Positions 36,406 to 50,831 of a stretch of 64,000 nucleotides of DNA are shown in pieces. The stretch is taken from assembly GCF_964355755.1 (NCBI RefSeq), contig NC_092679.1:23295432-23359431 (forward strand), read 5' to 3'. Below the pieces are notes generated by a model. That model was given only the letters and a program-made list of their open reading frames with translations. It searched no databases and was not told where the DNA came from. How positions within the stretch are numbered: position 1 is the first letter of the stretch; each line of letters starts with the position of its first letter. Both the position numbers and the translations under genes were made by a program. The DNA comes from Antedon mediterranea. Taxonomy: Eukaryota > Animalia > Echinodermata.

Positions 36406-37963
36406 CGGCAATAAAGACTAATCAACTTCACTTTTGAACACTTTTAATAAACAAACCAAAATAAGGTTTGTACTGGAGGTGGTGTACTGCAACAACAACA
36501 ACACACGAGGGCGTGCGAGTGTGATGGCGCAACGGCCCCTTCCTTCCACCTTTCTTTCATAAATTGAAAAAATAAAAAACACAATAAAAGCAAAATAAAA
36601 TAATGTACACAAGTGGCAGGAATATAGAAATAAAAGTACAATGGTATACAGTATTGGGCAATCTGAGTTGCTAGTGTCATAGGCCGCATATCAATAAAAC
36701 AAAGTGATGCTTGAATGAGATTGGTTGTGGCAGGGAGTTGGTTGTGGCACCAATGTCTAGTGTCGCCTTCACTGGGAAATGATGATAGGATGTGTTCAGA
36801 GATGGTGCTTGAATAACATTGACTCGGCTGGCTGAAGCTGGTTTGTCGAATAGGTCGGTGGGCAGATCATGTTGTGGACCTGGAATGAGGTCTTCGATAC
36901 AGAGTTCTTCGTCAGGGAGTGTTGTATAGTCATTTTCTGCGTGTACGAAATGTGAATTGCCGAGACTATTTCTATCAGCTGCTGGAAGAAATCTGCACTG
37001 ACTTGCTGAGTGTGAAGTGTGTGGTCGTTGAGAAGATTGGCACATAATGCACGATTTACTAAAGGCTTGGAATAGGAGCCATTTGTTTGGAGAAATTGTT
37101 ATACTGTGGCCAGTGTGCTTTGTTGAAAATAGCTGTGGGACATGCTTTGGAGTCGGCCTGAGGTTTTGTGGCTGGTAGCGTTGTGATGTTTGGGAGATCC
37201 AAGTTGTGCGCTCCCAAAGACTGGAAACCAAAATGCTGGCAAATTCTTTGCCAAATATCGGAAAGAATGTCGATCGCTTTATAATAGTATTCCTAGATAT
37301 AACTGGGCAAAAGTTGGCGATTTGGCTCAACATATATTCCAGTTGAATATTTTTTTGGTGCGAGGTTTTTCTCGATGTGGCTGAGACAGTGTCCTCATCG
37401 TCAAGTATTCCCCTTGTGGGGTTTCCTGCGGTTTTCATTTTCCAAGTGAATGCGTCAGCAAGGAATGGTGAAAGATTGGAGTCAAGAGAAAAAATATATA
37501 ATAAATTCTGTCGCCAGTTTTCAAAGGAGTAGACTGTTTCATTTTTGGTAAGTTGCCATTGTTCTGGGGCTCTCGCAGTAGCCATGTTGTGAGCGGATGA
37601 CGGTAATGTAACAAGGCTAGACTTTACTCGTCGGCTGAGGACAGAGGGCGATCGATTTATTAGATTATCTATGCGAGCTAGACTTCGGGATCGAGTCCGG
37701 TAGCCTAGAAAAATGTTCAGTGATTTGTAAAGGTATGAAAAGTCTCTGTCTTCTGTTTATTGAAGCTATTTCTCGGTAGTGGGTAATGCGCTGCCACCAC
37801 GGCAATAAAGACTAATCAACTTCATGTAGATATGAACACTTTTAATAAACAAACCAAAATAATAAACTAAGCCTACTAGAACCAACTAACACATGAGGCG
37901 ACCACGATGTCGATCGATAGGGCACAAGGTGGCGCACTGCAACAACAACACACGAGGGCATGT
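36406..37963 (-). mobile_element. Internally deleted Ty3/Gypsy LTR retrotransposon (gag + protease fragment)
   Basis: Direct repeats at 37800-37963 and 36406-36535. PBS TGGTGGCAGCG (tRNA-Leu-like) at 37789-37799. Polypurine tract at about 36536-36556. ORF 36677..37585 starts with RAPEQWQL..ET..SFENWRQNLLY (Gypsy gag) and has a CxxC..H..C knuckle and protease-like LDIGA. No RT or integrase core is visible. Confidence 0.85.
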
Positions 37964-38720
37964 GTAGATTTTTCATATACCGTCTTAATTGAATACGACT
38001 TCTATTCTGTGTTCTTTTACAGTAATGTAAATAAATAAAGGTATCCTCTAGGGGTTACTAATACTTCAGTAGTATCTTGAACATTATTACATTATTTAAA
38101 AAAAAATCTGTTTAATTATACTAACTAATAATACAGTAATATTAAAAACATCACCATTTAATTACTGCCTGTTTATGCTGCCAAGCCGTCAAGGTTAACA
38201 AGATAATTCATATTCAACATAGCACATTAAAAAAAAATCAATTCTATGAAATAGTAGTAGTAGTCTATCACTGTAGAATATAGGATGATAGCTTACATAA
38301 TAACAGTCTGTTTGTCAATGTATTGACATCATTCTGAGCAAGCAAAGTAATAGCCGATCTCAATGATAATCTCTAAGAAGATAATATGGTTGAGATTCAA
38401 TGACATTTTTTTTATCCATTATCTGGTGGTTTTTTTTTAATGAAACCAAACGTCTTTTTAACGAAATGTTAACGATCTTTTCTTCTGTCTCTCTAAATTT
38501 GATGTTTTTTTACAGATGAAAAATGATTTAAAAAAAGTAATTGATAGTCATTGTGGTTATGACTTCAATACTTAAATTCAATCTTTATTTAAACATAGAA
38601 TAGATTTGTTTTATATTTTCCTATTCAAATGTTTAAAAATAACTTATGAAATTCTCCCATTCAACTCATAAACATTAATTGTATAATAACACATCAACTG
38701 TACAGTACTGTGAATCTCAA

Positions 38721-39218
38721 AGGCTAACCTGACAAATTGCATCATGGTTACTGATAGGGGGAGCTGCTGTACAACTAGCATACTATTCCTAGCAACGGCT
38801 AACAGGCTAACCTGACAAATTGCACCATGGTTACTGATAGGGGGAGCTGCTGTACAACTAGCAAACTATTCCTAGCAACGGCTAACAGGCTAACCTGACA
38901 AATTGCACCATGGTTACTGATAGGGGGAGCTGCTGTACAACTAACAAACTATTCCTAGCAACGGCTAACAGGCTAACCTGACAAATTGCACCATGGTTAC
39001 TGATAGGGGGAGCTGCTGTACAACTAGCAAACTATTCCTAGCAACGGCTAACAGGCTAACCTGACAAATTGCACCATGGTTACTGATAGGGGGAGCTGCT
39101 GTACAACTAGCATACTATTCCTAGCAACGGCTAACAGGCTAACCTGACAAATTGCACCATGGTTACTGATAGGGGGAGCTGCTGTACAACTAGCATACTA
39201 TTCCTAGCAACAGCTAAC
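38721..39218. repeat. 83-bp tandem repeat x6
   Basis: Unit starts AGGCTAACCTGACAAATTGC at 38721, 38804, 38887 and onward. Confidence 0.95.
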
Positions 39219-42200
39219 ACTAGTCATTGCAAGATGAAGATTTATTGACAAGTTGAAACGTCGCACACATACAGTACGTATTTATTATTTATCACTAGTT
39301 TGAAGTAAAACTGAATAGATAATCTACCGTACCTCATAATAATGTATGAGTTGAATATACAGTATTGGAGAAAAAAGCTAGATTATAAATAAATGTGAGC
39401 AAATGCTGCTTCAAAGGAGAACATGCTAATGTAATTAATGTTCCTACACAATGGCAAGAAGAAACATAATGAACTATGATCAATAAAAATTAATTAAAAT
39501 ATTCACAGGAAGTAAGCTCTTGTTATTATTACTGTTTAATAAATCATTCTCTTGGACTTTGGTTGAAACAAACACAATTCAATGAAATGTGAACAGGTTT
39601 ATCAAAAGAAACATTTTTTTAAATCAAAAGAAAGAAAAATTCACAACAATCGTAAGAAAAAAAATCTATACAAGATTAAGACTAGTAGAGCCAGTAAACA
39701 ACTAAAATTAGTATTACTTATTTATAACATGTTTTTATTTATAAATAAACATTAATTATTGATATTATTATTAACACATTAACATACAATTATGCAATCA
39801 AATGATTAATAGCATTTCTTGTATAAGTAACCAGTGATATTCACACATTAACATAAATAAAAGAGTCCTATGCTTCTTTGGTTGATATTTATTTGGTGTT
39901 GTAAGACTGTTAAAACTTGATATTTTGTTTGATGTTTTTATCTGTGTTTATTTTAATTGCTATTTCAGTATTTGTTGACTCATAAGCAAGAATTGGCTAG
40001 TCTTGTAAACAAGAGTGTGATTAATAAATGAAAAATAAATTTTAAAATATAAATAATACAATATGCAATCCTATGATTAATAGTAATTTCTTGCACGTAA
40101 CTGGTACAGTCACGGTGGTTTGAACATAATATTATAAAATAATTTTCTTGGACTTTGGTTGAACCGGATTAAAAAATGTCAAAGAGTCATGATTTTCTAG
40201 TACATTCAATGATGACAAATTCACAAAAAATTCAAATTATTTATCTTTAAATGTGCTAAATCATTATTTCTCTCTCCTAAGAGTTTATAAAACCAAGCAA
40301 TATTTATAGTAATAGAAATAGAAGAATTACATTTTTTGTATGCTTACGCATAAGCTTAAATAGGGAATGTTACAATAGATTGAGTTCATAAACTTGACTT
40401 GACAATAGTCACACTCACTTGATTATTAAAACAGAACTAATAAATAAAAGGAGAGGTCATAATGCCTTTACCCTAATCATCCCGGATATAATATACTTCT
40501 AAGTTTATAATGATTAACCATACTAAACCTCATTTAATAGTAAATACAAGATACGTGTGCAGTGTATGAATGCTGGAAGAACTGAACCAACAATAACAAA
40601 ATAGGTTGTGTTCGGATGTAAACTCAATTACGCATGTATTTAAACCAAAAAATTACACTTGGGACTAACATCAGACGGACCACTTGGACGAGTAAATATT
40701 ACAAAGTAAACACAAAAACGCTGTACGACCCAACAAGTCATACTTCATGCATGAGTGAACACAAATCAAAATTGTGCCGTTTGATTCAGGTTATAATATC
40801 CCACGTGCAGTACATTGATGCATCAATCATAACATTGTGTAATTGGTGTCCATCTGAATGGGCTTTTAATGTACCTCAAAATCTATGGATAAATATAAAC
40901 GTCCAGGGCCCTTAATCCTTCATAATTAATAAATATAGGGATTAATATAAATGTAAAAGTTCATGGTTCTCCTAATATTTGATGTATCAACAGATTATAT
41001 ATTACAAATTTGTAAACAATCAACCACTTCAAATTCATAATAAATTTTCAATATGTTTCACTTCAGTGGAAGAAATATTGAAAATAACATATGACACAAA
41101 TTAATGTACCTTAAAATCTCTAATTCTTGAGGGATTAACAAACAACAAACTACTTGGCTTTCCCTAAAGTTTAATAGATTTATTATTCCCAGATAGTATT
41201 TTCAAGCTCTGATGATGATTACTGTAAACTTCACATACGTAACACATTTGTCAACATGTTGTACTTTAGGAGGAATGATTGAAAATAACGGAACTAAAAC
41301 ATGACAAATAAATGTACTTTAAAATCTCTAATCCAAGAGGGATTACTGTAAAACTACAAGGTTTCCCTATTAAAGTTTGAAATTATATCCAAGCTGTTAG
41401 AGGTTAACCATACAAATTGTGTATGTATTTCAATTCTCCAAACCAACAGTGAATCATTGTAAATAAAACATGGAATTGAGGAGGAAACAGTCTAATGACA
41501 TCAATCTCATATTGAACCAACCAAAAAAAACAAAAAATAATAAATAAAAAATAGCCAGTGGTGATAACAAAAAAAAATAAAGATGATATTGGGGAAGAAT
41601 CTAATCAAGAAATGAACCAAAATAGTAAGATAAAAGAAAAGAGATTTAATCACTTGGTTTTGTATCTTAAGAAAACTTTGGGACAAACAAATGTGATGTG
41701 CTCATATATAAACGTGATGATGTCATATCGCTACCATATTTGAGCATATCATTACCAAATTTGGCACATCACACTTTTTTTTTTCAAACTAGTTTGATAG
41801 TGTAGTAACCTTTTATTAATGTTACAGTAAATGCTCTATTAAGGGGAAACCTTTATGCCTAAACAAATTGTCCTTGTTTAAAAGAGGTTGTCCCCTAAAT
41901 AGGTGTTCTACTATATTACTGATGTTAGTGTATGTTATAAAAAACGTGCAATAAAACCTCCTTAAACTGCACAATTGTAAATGTTGTGCGACGTGCAAAC
42001 AAACATACATACATAGGTGAAGATTAAGGCTAGGGTCTGGCATCCCACAACAACATAAACATGCCTGCCAATGACCTGCCTGTTTGCCTATAGTAATATC
42101 CGTGGTAATGACTTACACTACCATTATGCAATCAAACTAAAAGGTTACTTTAAGTTTAAAACATTACACACTTTACTATCCTTGTTACCAGGATGTAAAG

Positions 42201-44177
42201 AGTTAAAGCAAATTCAATGTTATCATAATCAGATTTAAATTGGCCAAATTCATATTGCCTCAATATGAATTACCTATGTGTTTATTGGACAATAATGTAA
42301 TAACCAGCACTAATGATGTCATAATATTAAAGACAGACCACACATCAATGTAGTAGAGGAATTGTAGTTGTGTCTTTATTATATTTTGTGTGAAAAGCTA
42401 AACTGTAAACCCTCCTAATGGAACACCTCAAGAGACACCTCTATTCAAAGAACATCTCTATTTAAAGAACACCTCTATTTAAAAAACACCTCTATTTATT
42501 TAAAGAACATCTCTATTTATTTAAAGAACACCTCTATTTAAAGAACACCTCTATTCTAAAAAACACCTCTATTAAAAAAACACCTCTATTAAAAAAACAC
42601 ACCTCTATTAAAAAAACACATCTCTATTCAGGGGACACACTGTATTATTAAAAGGACACTTTTCCGTGAAACAAACGAGGTGCAATAACATATTACACTA
42701 CAATCAACACCAGAGGACACCTCTATTAAGTGAACACTTTGTTGGGTTCCAAAGTTTCTTACTGTATTTTATTGATATCTAGAAACAGACTGTAGCTACA
42801 GTGTCAAAGCCTCCTAAACAAATGGCCGATAATTATGCACGATTTGTGAGCATGCATATGTCAGGTTATTGTGCTTGTCAAATGCCGTGTATTGACATAT
42901 TAATAGGCCTGTATCGCTTCCACATTTTATCAACATTCAGAAAACGATATCCTCAAATAAGGACAATCCTCGTTCATACGTTTTTGGAGCCATCAATATT
43001 AGCGATTTTTCCCAGTTAAAAAAGGGGCAAGAATATCTTGCAATGTCTTATTCAACTACTGTACATGGCAGTAACATTTAAACTGTTGCATTTCGGGTAA
43101 TGGTAACGATTTCCGTTGACAAACACCCACTGAGTTAAACGGTTATTTAGGAGCAACAATTTAGAAGAAATGCAGTCGATATTATAAATTATATTTTAAA
43201 TACTGTATATTTAATATCATTATTATTATATTTCTATATTGTCTGTATTACTGTAGTTAGATGCTATGCAGTAGAAACAGATCCAAGTCAATCATTATTA
43301 TTATCAATATTATAAACATTCATTATTGTATACTGTGCTACTCAACACAGCAGTGAACAAATCATTGTCATTATTGTATACTGTGCTACTCAACACAGCA
43401 GTGAACAAATCATTGATTCTTGCCGAGTGTCTTTTCACACAATAACACAGCCCCAAGTGTAAATACTGTGTTAACAACAGCTCCGTGTGGGGTCGTTTAA
43501 ATCAAACTTATCTAAAAGCAATACTCTATAATTAAAATCACTACCTGACACTGTCGACAGATAACTTGTATGCTTACAGATAATAATCGCTCTTTGAACA
43601 CGCATTATCGCGATAGCTGTTGCATAGGCAAGATATTATATTATTTTACTGATGACATACTAAAACAAAGCTTTAAATATAGTCATTTGGAGTTATTTCG
43701 AGAAGACAAAAACAAGTATTTGACGCAATAACATTATGTGAATCTTCAGAAATAGTGGAAATTATACAAACACATTATATAAATCAATAAAGTTTAAAAA
43801 CTGTATTGAAAAATATAACAGGAAATAGGTTACAGGTCATTTTCATGCAACAAATTAAAAACGATCAAATCATGTGATTGGATGATGATATCTAGATAAT
43901 TAAAGCATCTAATGAATTTTCATTCTGTTTTTATTATCTATAAATTCATCATTATTTATTAGTGTTATATAAATCACATGATTGAACAATGATCTAGATA
44001 ATTAAAGCATCTAATGAATATTCATTATTTAAAAAATTATTTATTAATTATCATTATTAATAAGTGTTAATATAAATCACAAGATTGAACAATGATCTAG
44101 CTAACTAAAACATCTACACTAATGATTCATTATTTAAACAACTGATTTTTTGATTTTTTAATGGCTTATTTGTTATT

Positions 44178-46722
44178 ATGCTGGTTTATTCGTCGTCTTC
44201 AGGTCTACCAGTCACCATAGGTTCAAATGTTGGTTTATTCGTCGTCTTCAGGTCTACCAGTCACCATAGGTTCAAATGCTGGTTTATTCGTCGTCTTCAG
44301 GTCTACCAGTCACCATAGGTTCAAATGCTGGTTTATTCGTCGTCTTCAGGTCTACCAGTCACCATAGGTTCAAATGCTGGTTTATTCGTCGTCTTCAGGT
44401 CTACCAGTCACCATAGGTTCAAATGCTGGTTTATTCGTCGTCTTCAGGTCTACCAGTCACCATAGGTTCAAATGCTGGTTTATTCGTCGTCTTCAGGTCT
44501 ACCAGTCACCATAGGTTCAAATGCTGGTTTATTCGTCGTCTTCAGGTCTACCAGTCGCCATAGGTTCAAATGCTGGTTTATTCGTCGTCTTCAGGTCTAC
44601 CAGTCCCATAGGTTCAAATGCTGGTTTATTCGTCGTCTTCAGGTCTACCAGTCACCATAGGTTGAAATGCTGGTTTATTCGTCGTCTTCAGGTCTACCAG
44701 TCACCATAGGTTGAAATGCTGGTTTATTCGTCGTCTTCAGGTTTACCAGTCACCATAGGTTCAAATGCTGGTTTATTCGTCTTCAGGTCTACCAGTCACC
44801 ATAGGTTCAAATGCTGGTTTATTCGTCGTCTTCAGGTCTACCTGTCACCATAGGTTCAAATGCTGGTTTATTCGTCGTCTTCAGGTCTACCAGTCACCAT
44901 AGGTTCAAATGCTGGTTTATTCGTCGTCTTCAGGTCTACCAGTCACCATAGGTTCAAATGCTGGTTTATTCGTCTTCAGGTCTACCAGTCACCATAGGTT
45001 CAAATGCTGGTTTATTCGTCATCTTCAGGTCTACCAGTCACCATAGGTTCAAATGCTGGTTTATTCGTCGTCTTCAGGTCTACCAGTCACCATAGGTTCA
45101 AATGTTGGTTTATTCGTCTTCAGGTCTACCAGTCACCATAGGTTCAAATGCTGGTTTATTCGTCGTTTTCAGGTCTACCAGTCACCATAGGTTCAAATGC
45201 TGGTTTATTCGTCGTTTTCAGGTCTACCAGTCACCATAGGTTCAAATGCTGGTTTATTCGTCGTTTTCAGGTCTACCAGTCACCATAGGTTCAAATGCTG
45301 GTTTATTCGTCGTTTTCAGGTCTACCAGTCGCCATAGGTTCAAATGCTGGTTTATTCGTCGTTTTCAGGTCTACCAGTCACCATAGGTTCAAATGCTGGT
45401 TTATTCGTCGTCTTCAGGTCTATCACCAGTCACCATAGGTTCAAATGTTGGTTTATTCGTCGTTTTCAGGTCTACCAGTCACCATAGGTTCAAATGCTGG
45501 TTTATTCGTCGTTTTCAGGTCTACCAGTCACCATAGGTTCAAATGCTGGTTTATTCGTCGTTTTCAGGTCTACCAGTCACCATAGGTTCAAATGCTGGTT
45601 TATTCGTCGTTTTCAGGTCTACCAGTCACCATAGGTTCAAATGCTGGTTTATTCGTCGTCTTCAGGTCTACCAGTCACCATAGGTTCAAATGCTGGTTTA
45701 TTCGTCGTCTTCAGGTCTACCAGTCACCATAGGTTCAAATGCTGGTTTATTCGTCGTCTTCAGGTCTACCAGTCACCATAGGTTCAAATGCTGGTTTATT
45801 CGTCGTCTTCAGGTCTACCAGTCACCATAGGTTCAAATGTTGGTTTATTCGTCGTCTTCAGGTCTACCAGTCACCATAGGTTCAAATGCTGGTTTATTCG
45901 TTGTTTTCAGGCCTACCAGTCACCATAGGTTCAAATGCTGGTTTATTCGTCGTCTTCAGGTCTACCAGTCACCATAGGTTCAAATGCTGGTTTATTCGTC
46001 GTCTTCAGGTCTACCAGTCACCATAGGTTCAAATGTTGGTTTATTCGTCGTCTTCAGGTCTACCAGTCACCATAGGTTCAAATGCTGGTTTATTCGTTGT
46101 TTTCAGGCCTACCAGTCACCATAGGTTCAAATGCTGGTTTATTCGTCGTCTTCAGGTCTACCAGTCACCATAGGTTCAAATGCTGGTTTATTCGTCGTCT
46201 TCAGGTCTACCAGTCACCATAGGTTGAAATGCTGGTTTATTCGTCGTCTTCAGGTCTACCAGTCACCATAGGTTGAAATGCTGGTTTATTCGTCGTCTTC
46301 AGGTCTACCAGTCACCATAGGTTGAAATGCTGGTTTATTCGTCGTCTTCAGGTCTACCAGTCACCATAGGTTCAAATGCTGGTTTATTCGTCGTCTTCAG
46401 GTCTACCAGTCACCATAGGTTGAAATGCTGGTTTATTCGTCGTCTTCAGGTCTACCAGTCACCATAGGTTCAAATGCTGGTTTATTCGTCGTCTTCAGGT
46501 CTACCAGTCACCATAGGTTCAAATGCTGGTTTATTCGTCGTCTTCAGGTCTACCAGTCACCATAGGTTCAAATGCTGGTTTATTCGTCGTTTTCAGGTCT
46601 ACCAGTCACCATAGGTTCAAATGCTGGTTTATTCGTCGTCTTCAGGTCTACCAGTCACCATAGGTTCAAATGCTGGTTTATTCGTCGTCTTCAGGTCTAC
46701 CAGTCACCATAGGTTCAAATGC
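44178..46722. repeat. 49-bp tandem array (about 52 copies)
   Basis: Unit ATGCTGGTTTATTCGTCGTCTTCAGGTCTACCAGTCACCATAGGTTCAA, contiguous, no spacers. Confidence 0.97.
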
Positions 46723-47541
46723 GGTTAGACAAGAAATGATCAATGAATCAAATATTAACTTTTGAATGTATGAAAATATTTTCATCATTCTGAAAATTAA
46801 ATTAAATTTTACACTTTTACATTTTATTTTTTCAATTAAAAGATTAAAAGTGACCACAGGAGATCTCTCTGAAAGGGGATACGGAGCTTCCACTAGGAAT
46901 AGGATGTACTGTGTACCGGTAGTATTACAGCATACTTCCTATTGGAATAAAAAAACTGAACAAAATGTTGAATCTATTAATACCAGGACTATCTTGAACT
47001 GGAAATCTCAAACTTCAATCCATATAGATGAGATAGAGCTGGAAATGGCAGAGGACATGATGTCATGGTCTATTACTATATCAAACCCCAACTAAAAAGT
47101 CAGAAAATTAAAGACTTAGAAGATGATCAAATGAACTTCTCTGGGTGGAGATCTGAACAAGACTATCAATAAATTTGAAAAAATTAAATTGAAAATTTTA
47201 TTATTATATACATTTTATCTTTGTTTTTTAAAATTTATATTTTATTATTAACCTGTAATTGGTGCCTTGAAAGAAAAGAACAGAAATAAAAGAGTAAATG
47301 ACAGAATCAATGAAAACAACTCATAATTTGATGAAAAATAAATAGCTTTTTCTGCACACAAATATAGTAAGTAAATGCGGGAAACCATTTAAAAAAACAT
47401 TAATGTCACAATAAGGAAGATGAAACAAAATATTTCTGACAAACAGAACTCTTGAAAGAGAATAAAGACAAACAAAACTCTTCACATGAGGAGAAACAAG
47501 GAAACTAACAAACAACAATTACAGCAGGAACTTATACTTCT

Positions 47542-47736
47542 GAGCAAGTGGCTAAGCAGTTAAGACAATGGAACCTTAATTACGTAGCCATAACATCAGC
47601 AAAGGTTTGAGGCTGCTCACTCGATCCATGGTTCTGTCTTCTCGGATAAGGACTATAAACATTAGGTCCAGTTACTGTACACACGGTACACATCTAGCAC
47701 TTTAAAGAACCTAGTACATCTGTCGAGATGAGTAGG
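47542..47736 (+). mobile_element. tRNA-derived Deu-domain-like SINE (degraded)
   Basis: A-box TGGCTAAGCAGTTAAG, then GTCTTCTCGGATAAGGACTATAAAC and GCACTTTAAAGAACCTAGTACA..GAGTAGG. Related pieces occur at 20776-20970, 11640-11780 (-) and 12120-12150 (-). Confidence 0.65.
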
Positions 47737-48208
47737 AATAATCTTCCATCAAATATTAAAGGTATAAAAACACTTAATGAGTACAAATGTGCTATAAAGC
47801 TTAAGTAATGTGTATACCTAGACTGATAATATTGTGACACTGTTGTTATTGGAATTAAGCTTTTTTAGCTTTATGGGTAATCCTTGGAATGTTGATTGTA
47901 CCGAATAAAACAAACACAAAAATGAACAGATAGTAAAATGGTTTACTAAGAACGATAACGTGATTCATACGGTAGTTAATGATACATCTTACAACTTCCT
48001 TAAACTTGGATAGTGAAAACTAAACCAACTCAATATAGGACAAATGATTTATTGTTTCCTGCTTCCATAAAGACTTCTTTCTTTATTTATTCTTGTTTAA
48101 GATCAGAAAAACTTGGGGTTTACTGTGGTTAATTCTTTCTCTCTACATGGAGAATGAGTCGAGTGGAGGAACGGTTTAAGGAAGGGGGACAAATTTTTTT
48201 TTCATACA

Positions 48209-48498
48209 TAAGTTGGGGACCCCTTATGTAAAAATAGCCAAACTACTTCCTAAATATAACTAAGCCTAACCCTCTAAATAATCTAAATAAAAAGAAGTTG
48301 CTCATGGGATTCGAAACCCATACATCGACGTGTAAAGTTCATAGTCTAATCCACTCGACTACTGTACACAGGCGGCTTGACAGAAAGAATTTGCATTAGC
48401 GAATTGTAGTTAGCTTAATTCTTAAATCACACCTTATGGATATGATTAATGAATATTCATGTTTATTTTGTGATGTTTCATAAGGGGTCCCAAACTTA
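48209..48498. mobile_element. TIR element enclosing a tRNA-like segment
   Basis: Inverted repeats TAAGTTGGGGACCCCTTATG / CATAAGGGGTCCCAAACTTA. Internal minus-strand A/B-box-like sequence (TAGTCGAGTGG..GGTTTCGAATCCC) and CCTAACCCT. Confidence 0.55.
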
Positions 48499-49777
48499 CA
48501 GTATTTACGAAAAGAAATATTGCAGACAGGGGCACTGCAAACCACAGCCATAATATGAGCACGGTGGCAGAACAAGTCTTAAAATTTGAAGGTTTAAGTA
48601 CACATCTTGTGTACTGTATGACACTTAAGAACACATTGCATCCTTCAGAAGAGTGAGGGGTTACCCCAGTATACTGGTCTATCTCAGCCACTGATGTCGT
48701 TTATGGTAGGTGCAGCAATGTGCATCTGTAGCTGCTCTGCTGGAGTTTGTAGGCTATTTAGCATAAAATAAATCCATCAGCATTTTCATGTTTCATTCCA
48801 TGTATAGCACCAGTTAACATATTTCCTTCATTGCATAAACTATTATTATTGACTTATTAAATGATCCTAGTTAAAATATAAATTTAAACAGGAAACACTA
48901 TATAATATTTCATTAGAAAAACTAGTGGAACGTCATAAGCATGTTTACGTCACTACAATAGCTCATGATTTAATCTACCAAGAATCACTTTGTTTTTTTT
49001 TTTAATCAACAGATTTAAACTTTGGTTATTCATAGTATCCCTTTGTCTTCGATTTTATAAGTGAATAAAGTACTATTGTGTATTGTCCCAAAATAGTGTA
49101 GCAACACATTCACATTGTCTACTATGACAATTGTATTTACACAAACCAATGGAAGTACTTATTTATCACCTTAAAAATAGAACTTCACAAACACAAACAT
49201 GAATCAATAGGGTGTATGGTATTAAAAACCACTACTGGTATGGCTATGGAAGTGGTAGTGGTTTTAGATAAGGATTTAACAGTGCAGTAACCTGTTTAAC
49301 AACCGGCAAAATTAATGCTAAAAGGTTTTAATACAAAACTATGAATTGCTAGTATCAGGAAGTGAAATAATATATTCATTAAAGTTGTTAATGCAAGTAT
49401 AAACAATGTGAACATCAGACTTGAATAACTATAGATTACAATTTTTTTTAATGTAGGTAGTTGATATATTACATAATAGACTTGTTATGTTACCAAATCA
49501 TGACTCTGACCAAACATTTAAAAAAATTGAATGATCATTATTGTTTTTTTTTTAACTTGAATTTTCTATGGATGTATTTTTTTGGTATTTATGGCGTAAA
49601 CACAAACTAAAAAAGTATAGTCCCACCCCGCCAAAGTCAGCGGTGGGATTATACCAGACGATAATGGTCCATTGGTACATTACTGTACCTGTATTGCATC
49701 ACACTGACAATACATAAATAAACTTTGAATATGATTGCCTGAAATTAATTGAGAGTTCTAAGAATACAGGTGAAAGA

Positions 49778-49882
49778 GAAAGGAGAAAGAGGAGCGAGAA
49801 AGAGAAAGGAGAAAGAGAAAGGAGAAAGAGAAAGGAGAAAGAGAAAGGAGAAAGAGAAAGGAGAAAGAGAAAGGAGAAAGAG
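49778..49882. repeat. Polypurine (AAAGGAGAAAGAG)n repeat
   Basis: 13-bp purine-only units. Confidence 0.9.
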
Positions 49883-50736
49883 TAAGAAAAAGATCATGCT
49901 ATTGTTAGGTTCGACTAAACATTTGTTACAAATTGACATAAATTTATCAAAACAGCCAAATGCATCAAAAGTAGGACGTGTCCACAAACAAACCATGTAT
50001 AGTATTTATTTACATGTATTTATTTGTACATGTACTGTACAGTATTTAAAACAGATCCTTTTTGACACTAGACATGGCAATATGCTGAATATGTATGTAA
50101 TAATTGCTTAATTATAAAGTAAAGTGGTTTTCTTGGTTTGTGTACTTTACGTCATACTGTAGAAAACCAGGAACAACCAGATCTTTTGTTATTTTACAAC
50201 TTGTCCCTTTCAAATTCAAAACACTTAGTTTTCAAAAACGAACAAAGACAGAATCTAAATCCTTTAGAATATATTATACAAAAAGTACCACAAAAACCCA
50301 CAGAAATGTGAAGTAATCACAAAGATATTTGAAACAGAGTTAAAAGTACAGCACAGTCACAAAACTGAAAAGTCAAGAATCAATTGTACAGCAGTACTTT
50401 CTTTGCTATAGTCAAATGGTTTTAGGTTTCAACGCATTCGCCTTTATTATGAACGCATTTTAACAAAATTTTCACCTTAGAAAATCTGATGAAAAACTAC
50501 ATTCAATTTTGGAGGTACACAATCAATACGCGCTTTTAGCTATCTTCACGTCAGGTGTATAATATGGCGAAATTGTAATGGTATACTACAAATTACAATT
50601 ATTATATTATTTTTTAGTTTTGATTTGATTACTGCGACACTTGTTTACCTCAACACTGTTTTTCAGCAAGGCCGTAAAGAACTTTCAATTGAATACAAAA
50701 AGTAGAATATAAAAACAAAGTATCTTGCTATTATAA

Positions 50737-50831
50737 AGCTCTGTCCGCACTATCAAACTAGTTTGAAAAAAACAGTGTGATGGTAGTGATATGACATCAT
50801 TTCCAGTTTCTTTGATGGTGTGGACAGAGCT
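50737..50831. mobile_element. Harbinger-like MITE, internally deleted copy
   Basis: TAA|AGCTCTGTCC...GGACAGAGCT|TAA. Confidence 0.8.

Noticed and set aside
44178-46722. CRISPR-like appearance of the 49-bp array (also the 40-, 83- and 103-bp arrays)
   Set aside because: Units are contiguous with no unique spacers, there are no cas genes, and the context is eukaryotic.
49745-50111. Lys/Glu/Arg-rich and Phe/Leu/Ser-rich ORFs
   Set aside because: Artefacts of the purine microsatellite.
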